Shown here: positions 61,412-64,000 of the stretch, one piece after another
Layout: every line of letters starts with the position of its first letter
How positions within the stretch are numbered: the first letter of the stretch is position 1
NCBI GenBank assembly: GCA_016930515.1
Contig: JAFGGO010000074.1
Location: forward strand, 1 to 64,000
DNA length: 64,000 nt
DNA from: Promethearchaeota archaeon
Lineage (GTDB): Archaea > Asgardarchaeota > Lokiarchaeia > Sigyniarchaeales > SOKP01
Direction: 5' to 3'
Position numbers and translations under genes: made by a program
The notes under the pieces: generated by a model
What the model was told of the DNA's origin: nothing
What the model saw: the letters and a program-made list of their open reading frames with translations, nothing else
The model's database searches: none

Positions 61412-64000
61412 CTACTCTAACAAATCCTTAAATGTATGAAGATTTCTTTTCAAAAGATGGTTAATATATTCAACGACTTCTTCTTTAGCATCTTCGTTGC
61501 CAGATTTTAATATGGTACTGAGAACATCTTTAAATTCGCTTTCGAAGAGAATGAATCCATAAGAGATGTGCTTTTCGCCGATAATTTTTAAGCATTCGAG
61601 CGTTTGAACGGGAAATTCGCTGGCGTATTCCTTTAAAATATCTATGATGTAATAAGAATTCCCGTTCTTGGCAAGTCGGAGTAGTTCCAAGTATCGATCG
61701 ATCGTCCAATCCTTATCGAAAATGGAATGTTTAAACCAATAAGAAAATCCTTGTAGTTCTTCTTGATATTCCGATGGATTTCCGGTTCTCACGCACTCTA
61801 ATCGAAAATCAAATAGATCCATGAGGCGTTCCTTGATTTTTTCAAAATCCTCTTCCTCTTTATATTTTTGTAAATTAACTCCTATGTTTCTTACAAGGAC
61901 TTTTCTGACATCATCAGGAGCGTTTTCAAAAAAGCGACGAATCAAGGATTTCTCGTCCTTTACATCTTCCAAGCCATCAATGTATGAGAGCGTGATGTGA
62001 CTCGCCAAATATTCGGTCGGAATTGGAACGAGCTTGGGCTCATCTTTTATCTTTTCTATGGAATAAAGGTAAAAGGGTCGAAGTAATTCAAAAGAGTTAA
62101 TGGTAACGCGATTACGATGAAGGTATCCGGACCACGCGGCTTCGAAGAAATCCAGTTTTGCGTCTTCTAAGGGAAAAATTTCGTTAATGTTTGCTTCTAC
62201 CCACCCTGGATTTATGTCATACAAAAATGTGATGTGATATCCGATAATATAACTTGTAGTGTGAAGGGGTTCTTGAAACAAGCTTTCGAGTAATTTTAAC
62301 GCTTTTGAGTAAAATTCTTGATTCCGATCGGAATCTTTCACCCACGATAGGTATGAAAAAACGCACTCTAATGAAACACCAAAAACCGAACTAAGGCGCG
62401 TCTGCCAGGGCATCCAATTTTTCCCAATGTCTTGGATCTCTTTTTCGATGGTGAGGCTCCGCTCTTTCAGAAGCGTTTCGATGATGGCCCAAATTTTAGT
62501 CTCGAAATCGAGCAAGATTGCGTCAGAATACAAGCTCACGCGAAGGAAATCAGCAACGGACCATAGGATGTCTCGCCTATGATTGGCCTTAAATTGGCTC
62601 GATTCTTCGCTAATTATCAATTCTTTCGTGATTTCCTCGAGAATTTCAAGCAATTCTTTCAAGTTTAAGGGTATTTCTATTTTCAAGGAATTGTTCAAGC
62701 CATCAATTACAAAAGAGGCGTACCTGTGAAGCTTCGGTTGTTTTAAAGACGCGTCAAGTAATTGAATGAACTTGTCGGGGTTATTGGGAATGTGATCTCG
62801 AATTTGTCTTCCTAAACCTACTTTAGACGATTGAAAGAGTTTTTTATCCTCGTAAGCTACCAAGAATGATTCCAGTTCTTCAAGCGATTTTTCTTCGAGT
62901 TCGCTGTCGGTGAGCGGGCTAAAATCGCCGATAATGACGCCCTCGTCTTTAAAAAGTTCAATGGATTCTATCTCGCTTATTGAAAAACCTAATTCTGCGA
63001 ATGATTCTCCATCTAGATATTTGTAAATGGGTTTGAGCAGCTCTTTTTGCCGATGTTTGATGTAGTGTTCAATCACTTTTTTTGATGGTTTTTCCTCCTT
63101 ATCTTCCCAGAAATGCTTGATTTCGGCATCTTGGTTAACAATAAAGTCAACGTAATCACTTTGGGTTTTCTCGGGCATGTTTTTAAATTGATTTTCCATT
63201 AAAAGGAATAACTCGAAATTTTTTTCGATGTCCTTAAATATTGCCTTACTAAAATCGATCTGGACCAAAAAGTCCTCGGATAAGCTTGGAAATTTTCGAT
63301 AAGCGTGATATTCCAAGCGCCTAAATATGAGGTAATTGTACTGTTTGAGTAAGGTAATAACATCTGGAAAGCTGTCCTTAGCGTTTTTTCCAACGTGTTC
63401 AATGCCATCTCTTGCAAAATCCACCAAGATGTTTCGAAAATTCAAGTGAATCGGTTTTTCGTCGATTCTTTTGCGCCAGTATAGGGACTGGTCGTTAATC
63501 GATGTTTTATCCCTGTTTTGCAAAAACAACGAAATGGATACTTGGAGGTTGGTCAGTATGAGTCGAATGGTTTTTAATGGGTATTTATTTATCATCTTGG
63601 GAAATAAATCGTTTAGCATTGACCTGTAGGAGTAAGATTCCGTTTCTTCTTGAAAAGAATCCCCTAAATTGAAATTCGGGTATCCGTAAAACGTGCTATG
63701 GTCTTTATCAGTTAATTCCCAGTATTGATTGAATTTTTGGTCTAATTGTGCCTGTAATTTTTGGTCGTGTTCGATGATCTCGCATTTGATTTCCACGATT
63801 GACCAAATCAAGTTGAATGCCTCTTTTTCGGTTCCTTCTTCGATGAGTTTTAACGCCAAGTTTTTTATCACGGAATAAATCGAAGGATCGTAAGTGGGCA
63901 GTTGGCCCATCCACTTTTTTATTTGCTTGATCATTGTTTTAGCGTGTTTTATGGGCATATCAATGAGGCATTTAATGAAGTAAAAACGAGCACCAAGATG
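61412..64000 (-). CDS. Large helical protein, 5' end beyond the window; resembles C-terminal regions of Dsr1/DUF4020-type or STAND defence proteins
   Basis: Frame open from 64000 (HLGARFYFIKCLIDMPIK...); motif FLYDINPGWVEANINEIFP...EAAWSGYL; family call tentative. Confidence 0.6.
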   Translation of the reverse strand, partial: HLGARFYFIKCLIDMPIKHAKTMIKQIKKWMGQLPTYDPSIYSVIKNLALKLIEEGTEKEAFNLIWSIVEIKCEIIEHDQKLQAQLDQKFNQYWELTDKDHSTFYGYPNFNLGDSFQEETESYSYRSMLNDLFPKMINKYPLKTIRLILTNLQVSISLFLQNRDKTSINDQSLYWRKRIDEKPIHLNFRNILVDFARDGIEHVGKNAKDSFPDVITLLKQYNYLIFRRLEYHAYRKFPSLSEDFLVQIDFSKAIFKDIEKNFELFLLMENQFKNMPEKTQSDYVDFIVNQDAEIKHFWEDKEEKPSKKVIEHYIKHRQKELLKPIYKYLDGESFAELGFSISEIESIELFKDEGVIIGDFSPLTDSELEEKSLEELESFLVAYEDKKLFQSSKVGLGRQIRDHIPNNPDKFIQLLDASLKQPKLHRYASFVIDGLNNSLKIEIPLNLKELLEILEEITKELIISEESSQFKANHRRDILWSVADFLRVSLYSDAILLDFETKIWAIIETLLKERSLTIEKEIQDIGKNWMPWQTRLSSVFGVSLECVFSYLSWVKDSDRNQEFYSKALKLLESLFQEPLHTTSYIIGYHITFLYDINPGWVEANINEIFPLEDAKLDFFEAAWSGYLHRNRVTINSFELLRPFYLYSIEKIKDEPKLVPIPTEYLASHITLSYIDGLEDVKDEKSLIRRFFENAPDDVRKVLVRNIGVNLQKYKEEEDFEKIKERLMDLFDFRLECVRTGNPSEYQEELQGFSYWFKHSIFDKDWTIDRYLELLRLAKNGNSYYIIDILKEYASEFPVQTLECLKIIGEKHISYGFILFESEFKDVLSTILKSGNEDAKEEVVEYINHLLKRNLHTFKDLLE

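Noticed and set aside
2698-63914. Numerous 60-145 aa ORFs antisense to or nested in confident genes
   Set aside because: Shadow ORFs of real genes with no independent motifs
1-64000. CRISPR array, rRNA, transposase or integrase genes
   Set aside because: No regularly spaced repeats, rRNA-like tracts or recombinase motifs seen in the window

Overview
AT-rich, gene-dense archaeal chromosome segment, most likely Asgard (Lokiarchaeia-like). The assignment rests on archaeal core genes (rpoK, hef, fen, aIF5A, srp54, cdc48, porGDAB, the psmA-SBDS-rrp4-rrp41-rrp42-rpl37ae-pcc1-pfdB superoperon) interleaved with eukaryotic-signature-type genes (Rab-like GTPase, roadblock, longin, two tandem profilin-like genes, LRR-TIR). 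Main finding: the PPi-dependent phosphofructokinase gene (39798-41010, minus) is interrupted inside its conserved GGGD motif by a 31-nt frame-breaking insert (40940-40970). The insert folds into a bulge-helix-bulge (BHB) motif whose standard cleavage positions restore the frame exactly, so it is a candidate mRNA intron removed by the tRNA-splicing endonuclease. A 30-nt BHB intron at the non-canonical T-loop position 59/60 of tRNA-Val(CAC) (521-625) indicates the machinery handles non-anticodon sites. At least five genes (fen, pfk, THUMP, aIF5A, a small wHTH-like gene) appear to start at non-standard codons (ATC/ATA/ATT/TTT) 5-7 nt after a GGTGA-type Shine-Dalgarno. At the right end a tRNA 3' fragment (61274-61300) probably marks the boundary of an integrated element carrying a large defence-like gene that runs off the window. 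All calls come from reading motifs by eye; no searches were run.
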